Positions 50,402 to 58,607 of a stretch of DNA of 64,000 nucleotides are shown here, piece after piece. The stretch's first letter is position 1; each line of letters starts with the position of its first letter. The stretch lies in contig JAEOTZ010000056.1 in the NCBI GenBank assembly GCA_016839585.1, positions 19,967-83,966 on the forward strand, read 5' to 3'. The stretch comes from Promethearchaeota archaeon. GTDB taxonomy: Archaea > Asgardarchaeota > Lokiarchaeia > Sigyniarchaeales > SOKP01. The notes below the pieces were generated by a model. That model was not told the origin of the DNA, did not search any database, and saw only the letters and a program-made list of their open reading frames with translations. The translations under genes were made by a program, and so were the position numbers.

Positions 50402-51589
50402 ATGATTACCAAAGATAAAGTTAAGTTATGTGCTGAAAATATTGCCAGAAGCATAAATATAAAAAAAGATGGCGAATTCATTCTTATAAGAGGAGGTGCT
50501 TATTCCCAAGAATTATTAGAAGAGATAGGATTAACCGTTTTAAGAAAAGGAGGGATTCCTCATATCTCATATACATCAGATTACTATACAGAAACTATTT
50601 TTCAAGATGATCAAATCAAAGTTGAGACACTAGAAAAAACTCCCTTACATTATCTAAAAATGATTGAAAATATAGATGCTTATATCGTTATCGAGCCTTT
50701 AGGGGATCCTTCAATTACTACTAAAGCACCAAGAGAAAAAGTAGATGCTGCTGCTAAATCTAGAGCTCCTATTCGAGAGATTCTTTATGGTTTTAAGGAA
50801 GAATATGCCCCTGGTAAAAAATGGTGCTATGCTGCCTGGCCCTCAAAAAAAGCCGCAGAATTCTATAATATAGATTATGATTTATATGAAAAGTTTATTG
50901 TCGGAGGAATGAGTGTTCCTTATGATGAAATGAATAAACTTACAAAAAATTTAGGAAGATTTTTCGATAGAGCTAAGAAAGTGTATGTAAAGGATGAATT
51001 TGGAACTGATTTTTGGGTTTCAATAGAAAACAGAAAAAAAATTCTTGATGATGGAATCATTTCAGATGAACAAATTGAATTAGGAGATTTAGGGGGTAAT
51101 TTACCGGCTGGAGAAGTATTTTTCCCACCTAATGAAAAACAAGGTGAGGGTAAACTCTTTTGTCCTTTAACTAAAGATAGATTCACAGATAAAATCATAA
51201 GAAATGTTGAATTAAGTTTTAAAGAGGGAAAATTGTTAATAGATAAAACAACTGCCGATACTAACTTAGAAGATTTAATTGCTTCTTTTAAAAAATGTGA
51301 AGAAATGGATAAAGAGAATAAAGTACCTGAACTTAGAACTTATAATGTTGCTGAACTTGGAATAGGGTGTAATCCGGAAATTACACGAGCAATTGGATAT
51401 ATCCTTACTGATGAAAAGATAATTGGGAGTGTACATTTAGCATTTGGATTTAATAAAAGTTTTGGGGGAACCTCCGCATCCCAAATGCACTGGGACTTTG
51501 TAACTGCTCCTAAAGCTAATATTACTGTTGAATATCAGGATGGGTCCAAAAAATTAATAATGGAAAATGGCAAATTAACTGAAAAATAA
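50402..51589 (+). CDS. Aminopeptidase (peptidase M29)
   Basis: NLPAGEVF, AELGIGCN, DEKIIGSVHLAFG and HWDFV motifs. Confidence 0.9.
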   Translation: MITKDKVKLCAENIARSINIKKDGEFILIRGGAYSQELLEEIGLTVLRKGGIPHISYTSDYYTETIFQDDQIKVETLEKTPLHYLKMIENIDAYIVIEPLGDPSITTKAPREKVDAAAKSRAPIREILYGFKEEYAPGKKWCYAAWPSKKAAEFYNIDYDLYEKFIVGGMSVPYDEMNKLTKNLGRFFDRAKKVYVKDEFGTDFWVSIENRKKILDDGIISDEQIELGDLGGNLPAGEVFFPPNEKQGEGKLFCPLTKDRFTDKIIRNVELSFKEGKLLIDKTTADTNLEDLIASFKKCEEMDKENKVPELRTYNVAELGIGCNPEITRAIGYILTDEKIIGSVHLAFGFNKSFGGTSASQMHWDFVTAPKANITVEYQDGSKKLIMENGKLTEK

Positions 51590-51605
51590 GGGTATTAGTG
51601 AAAAA

Positions 51606-52079
51606 CTAAGTTAATTTTTCAATATATTGGAGTACTTTTTCTAATACTTTTTTTTTAAATGTTATTCGGTCTGTCTTGAAATTGTATTTCTCCACAATAC
51701 ATTCTTTTTCATTTGAAAAACCAATAAAAACCAGCCCTATTGGCTTTTCTGGTGTCCCACCAGTTGGACCTGCAATACCACTAATACCAATACCAATATC
51801 TACATTTGATTGTATTCTAATATTTTCTGCTAACTCTCTTACAATTTCTTCGGATACTGCACCATTTTCTTCAAGAGTATTTGGATCTACATTTAATAGG
51901 TCTATTTTTGCTTGATTATTATAGCATACAATACCCCTTTCAAATACATTCGAAGCACCTGAAACATTGGTAAACATATTCGAAATATAACCTCCTGTAC
52001 ATGATTCTGCTACAGCAATTCGAATATTTTTTTCTGAAAAATTTTTAATTATCTTCTCGATTCTTCTTAAAATAGCCAA
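51606..52079 (-). CDS. pncC: CinA/PncC-family NMN deamidase
   Basis: AESCTGG, GAVS and SGIAGPTGG..EKP.GLV motifs. Confidence 0.9.
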   Translation of the reverse strand: MAILRRIEKIIKNFSEKNIRIAVAESCTGGYISNMFTNVSGASNVFERGIVCYNNQAKIDLLNVDPNTLEENGAVSEEIVRELAENIRIQSNVDIGIGISGIAGPTGGTPEKPIGLVFIGFSNEKECIVEKYNFKTDRITFKKKVLEKVLQYIEKLT

Positions 52080-52088
52080 TTTACATCA

Positions 52089-52535
52089 TTACCTTTTTAT
52101 CTCAAATTTTTTACCACATGAATTGCAATATTGCCCCTTTTTGCTCATAGGATTTCCACAGTAAGGACAAAACAATTTTGGAGAATTTTTTTTAATAGGG
52201 GCAAGTGATTTATAGATATCTGGTTCTTTTTCTCCAAAAGGTTGGTATAACAAATTTTTTTCAACAACTTTCTGAAAACATCTAGGACAATACTGCTTTT
52301 TCTTAATAGCATAATAGAAGACATAGGGATTGATTACCATAAAAAACCACATAAAATATAAAAAGAGAATAATCCCAGAAAAAATAAAAGAAGTTATAAC
52401 GGTAATAGTGGTTAAAATAATTAATATCATAACAGAAAAAATACCAAATATTTTGATATTAAATTTTGGTCTTGTTGGAAAGACGTTCATTTTACAACTT
52501 TCACAGAACTTCATTTCGTTTATATCTTGACTCAT
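52089..52535 (-). CDS. Membrane Zn-ribbon protein (LITAF-like topology)
   Basis: CxxC, hydrophobic hairpin, CxxC, plus a C-terminal double-CxxC ribbon. Confidence 0.7.
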   Translation of the reverse strand: MSQDINEMKFCESCKMNVFPTRPKFNIKIFGIFSVMILIILTTITVITSFIFSGIILFLYFMWFFMVINPYVFYYAIKKKQYCPRCFQKVVEKNLLYQPFGEKEPDIYKSLAPIKKNSPKLFCPYCGNPMSKKGQYCNSCGKKFEIKR

Positions 52536-52702
52536 ATTTCTCTATGGAAACATTTAAAACAATTTGCTATTATTATAAAAAATACCATAAATATAAATTA
52601 ATAACAAATAAAAATAAATAATTAAATAATATCTTATACTTTTGAAATTTTAAAGCAATAGTATAGATTTATTCGGAAAAAAAATTTTACAGAGTGATTT
52701 AA

Positions 52703-53271
52703 ATGAGAAATAATGAAGATAAAAAAGGCTTCGTCTTCAAAATCACAGATCTATTGAAAAAATTCAGTAGAGTGAACTTATTGGCGACGGAGCAGTAGGG
52801 AAAACCTCATTAATCAAAAAATACACTCAAGGGAGTTTTCAAAGGGACTACATTAAAACATTAGGAGCACAATTTTCAAAATATGATGAGGAGATTGAAG
52901 GAGATAATTGTAAATTATTTTTCTGGGATATTGCTGGTCAGGATGAATTCAATTTCATGCGTCCTACCTTTTATAAAGGCTCAAAAGCTGCTATAATAGT
53001 TTTTTCATACACTGATGATGATAGTTTTGACCATATCCCCCAATGGCATGATGATATTATAAAATATTGTGGTGATCTCCCAATAGTTTTATTTGGAAAC
53101 AAAATTGATTTAATCAAAAAAGAGGATTTAGATGATGCGAAGGCTAAAGAAATTGTAAAAGAAAGAAGTTTTCTTGGATATTATAGAACAAGTGCTAAAA
53201 CAGGAAGTGGAGTATATAAAGCATTTCAGGCAATAATTAAAGAATTATATTATAGATATAAAGAAGATTAA
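52703..53271 (+). CDS. Rab-like small GTPase interrupted by a 29-nt BHB intron (join 52703..52748, 52778..53271; 179 aa)
   Basis: Spliced product MRNNEDKKGFVFKITVIGDGAVGKTSL...TLGAQF...WDIAGQ...GNKID...TSAK has all G1-G5 boxes. The unspliced frame stops at TAG 52796. Confidence 0.88.
52749..52777 (+). other. Bulge-helix-bulge (tRNA-endonuclease-type) intron in an mRNA
   Basis: UCAC/GUGA 4-bp central helix, 3-nt bulges AG^A and AC^U, 9-bp intron stem UCUAUUGAA/UUCAGUAGA closed by AAAA. Confidence 0.85.
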
Positions 53272-53275
53272 TAAA

Positions 53276-53575
53276 ATGCATGAAGATTTTGGGCAAGATT
53301 ATCCTAAGATATTATTTTTTTCATCGAATCATTGCGCTCCTTGTAGACCAGTTGAAGAAATGCTGAAAAAAATAAACATTTCATTGTTTGGAAAAAAATT
53401 AAGAATAGAAAAAATATTGATTGATCTTGAAGAAAACCGAGGATTTACACAAGAATATCGAATCACCTCTGTGCCAACATTAGTTATAGCAGAAAAAAAA
53501 TTAGCAGTAAACATTCAAGAAGAAGATATAATTGACGCAATTTTATATGCGTTTATAGCATCTGTAAAAATATAA
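53276..53575 (+). CDS. Thioredoxin-fold protein
   Basis: HCAPC active site and ITSVPTL cis-Pro loop. Confidence 0.85.
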   Translation: MHEDFGQDYPKILFFSSNHCAPCRPVEEMLKKINISLFGKKLRIEKILIDLEENRGFTQEYRITSVPTLVIAEKKLAVNIQEEDIIDAILYAFIASVKI

Positions 53576-53639
53576 TTTTAAATAAAAAATATTAAAAAGA
53601 TTTGAATAAAGTAAGGAATAAAATTTTAAGTGAATTTGT

Positions 53640-54119
53640 ATGGATCGACCACTATTATCTAAAATTTTGGCTCAAATGAAAAAGAATTTAAAAGAAGGAA
53701 AATCAATAGGAGATATGAAGGTTGGGGCTTTATTAGCTTTAGGACACCAACTAGAAGCGATTTTCTATTATTTAGGACACGAATTAGGGACAATTCTAAA
53801 AGTCAAACAAATTACTGATGTAAACAAAATACCTGATGAATTAAAAAAGACGATCTCTGAATATAATCTAGGAGATGTTGAAATTACAGATAGTTCAGAT
53901 GAAATAGTACAATTAAAGTTGAAAGGGCATTCATCCATCAAGGATTTAATTAATAAAGGAATCAAAACAACTGGTAGTTTTTGTTCATTCGAAGCGGGAT
54001 TGCTAGCTGGAGTTGTAGAAAAAATAAGCGATCATCATTGCTTTGCCCAGGAATTAGAATGTAGTTTGCAATCAGATAAGGGATACTGTGAATTTATGAT
54101 AGTTTTTCAAAAAGAATAA
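53640..54119 (+). CDS. V4R-domain protein (Bet3/TRAPP-related fold)
   Basis: YYLGHELG, FCSFEAGLLAG and ELEC...G.CEF, the V4R Cys/Glu pattern. Confidence 0.8.
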   Translation: MDRPLLSKILAQMKKNLKEGKSIGDMKVGALLALGHQLEAIFYYLGHELGTILKVKQITDVNKIPDELKKTISEYNLGDVEITDSSDEIVQLKLKGHSSIKDLINKGIKTTGSFCSFEAGLLAGVVEKISDHHCFAQELECSLQSDKGYCEFMIVFQKE

Positions 54120-54222
54120 GTTCAATTTATTCGAATATTTAACAAGAAACTTGAGTCGAAAATTATTAATAAGTATAAACTATATTGTGAATATAAAATA
54201 AAACTGTAAGTTTTGATCAACA

Positions 54223-54750
54223 ATGAGCGAACCAGCATATATATTAAAAATAGTTCTTCTTGGAGAGGCTAATGTAGGTAAAACTTCGTTACTTTACAGG
54301 TGGATCGAAAATAAATTTAGAGAAAATTACAAATCAACCTTAGGAGTTAATCTTCTAAAAAAAGATATGAATATAACTGGATATGGTGAGGTTTCTGCTC
54401 AAATTTGGGATTTAGGAGGTCAAGAATCTTTTAAATCTCTCAGAAGATTATACCTAGAGGGAGCTAATGGAGCATTATTGTTATATGATGTGACAAATAA
54501 AGAATCATATGAAAAACTTGATGAATGGATACAAAGCTTTAAAGAAGATAGAGAAAATGAACCTATCATTTTAATTGGGAATAAATCAGATTTAAAAGAT
54601 AAAATTAAAATTACTGATAAAGACGCTAATGAATTCGCAAAAAGAAATAAAGTGGATATAATTATTACATCAGCTAAAACAGGGAAAAATGTGGAAAAAT
54701 CATTTATTGAATTGACTACAAAAATCTTAAAGAAGATTTCAAAAGAATAA
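54223..54750 (+). CDS. Rab-like small GTPase
   Basis: GEANVGKT, TLGV, WDLGGQ, GNKSD and TSAK motifs. Confidence 0.93.
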   Translation: MSEPAYILKIVLLGEANVGKTSLLYRWIENKFRENYKSTLGVNLLKKDMNITGYGEVSAQIWDLGGQESFKSLRRLYLEGANGALLLYDVTNKESYEKLDEWIQSFKEDRENEPIILIGNKSDLKDKIKITDKDANEFAKRNKVDIIITSAKTGKNVEKSFIELTTKILKKISKE

Positions 54751-54992
54751 AAGTCTAAGAATATAACCAAACTAAATTATTTACATCTTTAATTTTTACA
54801 AGGATATTTCAAAGTGAAAATGTAAATATCAAAATTTGGTGATTTTAGCACATATCTTTTTTAAATCAACTATGTCTTTTTAAATAAATTTAAATAAAAA
54901 CCTTTATTTAAATAAAATTATAAAAAATACCATGAAAGAAAGAATATATTTTTTTATTAAATTTCAAATCACAATTATCTTACCTAATTATT

Positions 54993-55685
54993 ATGTCAGA
55001 AGAAAATAATGAATTTAATGAGGATTCTGAAGAAAAATTCGAAGAAAAAATTGAAGAGGAAGAGGAGGGATTCGAAGGGGAGTATGATTATGAAACTAAT
55101 TTAGATTATAAAATAGAGAATGTTGTAGCAACAGTAGTTGTTGAAATTACAGAAAAGATTGATCTAAACCAGATTGCACGGCGCCATGCAGAGGTCGAAT
55201 ATAATCCAGAACGGTTTCCTGGTCTTGTAATGCGGATTGAAAAACCACGTGCGACTATTTTAATATTTTCTACTGGAAAAATGGTTGTAACGGGACTTAG
55301 ACAAGCATCCGAAGCTGAACGAGTCGTTGATAAAGTTGTAAAAAACATAAGAAAAGCTGGAATTAGACTAGCTAATCCAGAAATAACGATTCAAAACATT
55401 GTGGCCTCAGGTGATCTACATACAAATATAGATCTCAATATGGCCGCTATTGTGATGGAATACGCAATGTATGAACCAGAGGTATTTCCTGGGTTAATTT
55501 ATCGTATGCAGGACCCAAAAACTGTTTTCCTAATCTTTTCAACTGGTAGAATTGTTTGTACAGGAGCAAAACGAAAAGAGGTTGTTAGAGAAGCAGTTTT
55601 AAAATTAAATCAACAAGTTCGAGATTTAGGTGTTGCTAAAAAAGATATAGGAGAATCAGAATATCAAGATATAACTTTCATCTAA
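54993..55685 (+). CDS. tbp: TATA-box binding protein
   Basis: Two repeats IENVVA...YNPERFPGL...LIFSTGKMVVTG; acidic N-terminal extension. Confidence 0.97.
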   Translation: MSEENNEFNEDSEEKFEEKIEEEEEGFEGEYDYETNLDYKIENVVATVVVEITEKIDLNQIARRHAEVEYNPERFPGLVMRIEKPRATILIFSTGKMVVTGLRQASEAERVVDKVVKNIRKAGIRLANPEITIQNIVASGDLHTNIDLNMAAIVMEYAMYEPEVFPGLIYRMQDPKTVFLIFSTGRIVCTGAKRKEVVREAVLKLNQQVRDLGVAKKDIGESEYQDITFI

Positions 55686-55785
55686 ATCTCTTATCTTTTT
55701 TGATTTTTTAATCCATTTATTGTAATATTCAAGTTGTATTATTTAGATTCTTATAAACTTTCAGAGAATATATTTAAACTTATAT

Positions 55786-56124
55786 TTAGATGACTTTCTT
55801 TTCATTAATAGCATTAATAGAAACAATATATTCATCATATAATGCATGTAATAACTTGGATTCTTTAGCTTTATTAAATGTTAAAAGAAAAAGTCGGTTT
55901 AATGATTTCTCATTATTGATTTCATAAATATCATCATTAATTCCTAAGTGATCACTATTTTGATCAAGAAAATTACACAAAATGTATCTGTTTTCTCTTC
56001 TCAAATTCACTTTATTCAAGGCTCCAAACATTTTTAAGATTAAAGGTCCTTGATATTTAATTTTCTTATGATTGATTGATTGAAAGAATTTAAGGTATTC
56101 ATTTCTTTTTATAGGAACCGACAT
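55786..56124 (-). CDS. Hypothetical protein
   Basis: 112-aa ORF with no recognised motif. Confidence 0.6.
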   Translation of the reverse strand: MSVPIKRNEYLKFFQSINHKKIKYQGPLILKMFGALNKVNLRRENRYILCNFLDQNSDHLGINDDIYEINNEKSLNRLFLLTFNKAKESKLLHALYDEYIVSINAINEKKVI

Positions 56125-56256
56125 AAATAATGAATTTTTAAAATAGTTATTGAAAAGAAGTAATATTAGGATAATATAATATAGAAATAGTTACAAGATT
56201 ACTTACTTAGCTTTAAGCTATTCAATTAAAAACAAGTATTAAATTAAAAAAATATT

Positions 56257-56529
56257 TTAAAATGCATATTCAAATCCTTTAAATTCATTTTTAGACCCTT
56301 GCAATTCATAGTCAACTTTTTCTACTTGAGCATATTTAGGTCCTTTCTTTGAAAATTCTAATAATTCAAATAATTCATTTTCAGGGCCTTCTGCTTCAAT
56401 AAGTACACTCCCATTGGGCATATTTTTAACATATCCAGTTATACCTAATTTCCGAGCAATTTTTCGAGTGGTATATCGAAAAAAAACGCCTTGAACAAGC
56501 CCATATACTTTAATTTTAATTCTTTTCAT
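56257..56529 (-). CDS. acyP: Acylphosphatase
   Basis: GLVQGVFFR, GYVKN..NGSV and GP motifs. Confidence 0.93.
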   Translation of the reverse strand: MKRIKIKVYGLVQGVFFRYTTRKIARKLGITGYVKNMPNGSVLIEAEGPENELFELLEFSKKGPKYAQVEKVDYELQGSKNEFKGFEYAF

Positions 56530-56574
56530 ATAATAAGTAAAAAGATATTTAATTTTTTAATTTGGATACCTCAA

Positions 56575-57210
56575 TTATAATTCTAAGTAATATATATCCT
56601 TATTTGGGTTGTATCCTATAACTTTATTTTTAAGCAGAGTTTCAATAACACTCATTAACCACTTGTTACTCGTATGAATGTTTTTTTTTAATTCATTTAA
56701 CCTAATTTCTTCATTTATAGCTAAAAGAAACAAGACTTTGCTTTTAACATTTAATTGATTAGAATTTGTAATTTTATTAAATTTCACTTCAAAATCATAT
56801 TCTCTTGTTTTTAGATATGCTACTTCATTGCTTAGTTTAGAGATAACTTCCTCAGTAGTTCGAAAGACATCTAAACTTATATGAAACATACTTTCTAATC
56901 TCTTCTTTAAATTTTCTCCTTTCTTCTCTTTATCAAGCTCTTTGTTAAATTCTTCGAGGAGTTCTAAATAGTCGTTACCATCATCATATTTGGTCAAAAC
57001 TAAAACAATTATCATTTCTTTGTTTTCATTATAATATGAAACAGAATTCCACCCTCTTTCTTCAGTGATAATATAAGATTCTGTAAAATTATGCGAAATT
57101 TGTAATTGTTGGACAATAGAAATTGGAATTTCTAGGTCATCTGGATATTTCATATAAACAGTGCCGCCTTCAACCTCATCCCATTTAATTAAGCAGATCC
57201 CTATAGGCAT
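56575..57210 (-). CDS. uDENN/longin-like protein with coiled coil and C-terminal wHTH
   Basis: ICLIKWDEVEGGTVYMKYP N-terminus; C-terminal KVLFLL...IETLLKNKVIGY wHTH-like segment. Confidence 0.55.
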   Translation of the reverse strand: MPIGICLIKWDEVEGGTVYMKYPDDLEIPISIVQQLQISHNFTESYIITEERGWNSVSYYNENKEMIIVLVLTKYDDGNDYLELLEEFNKELDKEKKGENLKKRLESMFHISLDVFRTTEEVISKLSNEVAYLKTREYDFEVKFNKITNSNQLNVKSKVLFLLAINEEIRLNELKKNIHTSNKWLMSVIETLLKNKVIGYNPNKDIYYLEL

Positions 57211-57403
57211 CCTTGTTAGCAACCTAGTCTTTAATTTTAAAACAAAGTCTTTTACTATAATAATTTAAATTTTCATTTATTTAATTAAGCAAATATGATA
57301 TCCTAATATTTATATTTGACTGCAAACCAATATCATGGAATAATATACAAAGAATATATCTAAAAAAATAAATATAACAAAACCAATGTGTTATATAATA
57401 AAG

Positions 57404-57679
57404 ATGCCTGTTTATTACGTGTATATTCTGGAGACCATTGGAAAAAACAAGAAGAAAAGATTTTATACCGGATATAGTAATGATCTTTATAGGAGATTAT
57501 CTGAACATAAAAAAGGAACTGGAGCTAAATTTTGTCGTGGTAAAAATCAAATTGAATTAAAATATTTTGAAACATTTACCAATAGAAAAGAAGCAATGAG
57601 AAGGGAAATAGAAATTAAGTCATTATCTAGACAAAAGAAAAAGGAATTAATTAGTACTATTAATATTAATTTGGTTTAG
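57404..57679 (+). CDS. GIY-YIG nuclease family protein (UPF0213)
   Basis: YYVYIL...FYTGYSNDL.RR..EH..G.GAKF and AMRRE..IK motifs. Confidence 0.88.
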   Translation: MPVYYVYILETIGKNKKKRFYTGYSNDLYRRLSEHKKGTGAKFCRGKNQIELKYFETFTNRKEAMRREIEIKSLSRQKKKELISTININLV

Positions 57680-58492
57680 TTGAATAATTTGTCAAACGAG
57701 CAAAACTTTTTAATCTGCTTGGCTGGATTACCAGCTTCGGGAAAGTCTATTTTTGCTAATGAATTAAGGGAGATTCTTGAAGAGAAATTTACTAATTTTA
57801 AGGTTAAAATTATTGATCCAGATAAGATAAGGCAAACAATAACCCAAAATAAATTTGATCATAAAAAAGAACACTTAGTCAAAGAAAAGAATCTTCAGAT
57901 AATAAAAAGAGAATTAAAAAAAAGATCTGTAGTTATTAGTGATGATTTAAATTATTATTCGAGCATGAGACATGATTTAAAAAAAATTGCAGATGAGTTA
58001 GATCTTAATTTTTTTATAATTCACATCTCTACTCCACTTGAAGTTTGCCTAAAGTGGAATGAAAAGAGAGGAAAACCTATTCCAAATAAAATAATTAAGA
58101 GAATTAGTAAAAAATTCGACGATTTTAATAAATATAAATGGGATACGCCATATGCTGTATATAATATGAACCAAACACTAGATTTAAATGATAGCCTTAT
58201 AGATTTTGCTAATCGCTTACATTTAAATGTAAAACAGTCTAAAAAAATATTAGAAAGAGAAGCAGAATTTAGACATGATTCCACTCTTTATAAAGAAAAA
58301 TTGGATAAAATCACTCGTAATTATGTAGGAATACTATTACTTAATTCCAACTATATTCCTCTAAAAAATAAAATTATTAAATTAAGAAAGGAATTTTTAA
58401 AAACCAAAAAGAATGAATTTTTAAGCGAATCAGAAATTCAAAATTCATTTCAGACATTTTTAGAGGAATCCTTAAACATCAAAATATTATAA
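57680..58492 (+). CDS. pstK: O-phosphoseryl-tRNA(Sec) kinase (PSTK) / KTI12-like kinase
   Basis: GLPASGKS, DKIR, DDLNYYSSMR, WNEKR and YKWD motifs. Confidence 0.75.
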   Translation: MNNLSNEQNFLICLAGLPASGKSIFANELREILEEKFTNFKVKIIDPDKIRQTITQNKFDHKKEHLVKEKNLQIIKRELKKRSVVISDDLNYYSSMRHDLKKIADELDLNFFIIHISTPLEVCLKWNEKRGKPIPNKIIKRISKKFDDFNKYKWDTPYAVYNMNQTLDLNDSLIDFANRLHLNVKQSKKILEREAEFRHDSTLYKEKLDKITRNYVGILLLNSNYIPLKNKIIKLRKEFLKTKKNEFLSESEIQNSFQTFLEESLNIKIL

Positions 58493-58607
58493 GAACTGGT
58501 TTATTTGATTTTTATTTAAAATAAAGAAAAAGAAAATAAACCATAATTCCTTTAATAACTTGAAAAAAGATATTTTTATTTCTATAATTAAGATATTACT
58601 TGAAATT

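Noticed and set aside
52957-53271. 104-aa ORF-track protein as a complete gene, or the locus as a simple frameshifted pseudogene or sequencing error
   Set aside because: It lacks G1-G3, which are encoded upstream. A 1-nt error cannot explain 29 extra nucleotides before the P-loop that form an exact BHB.
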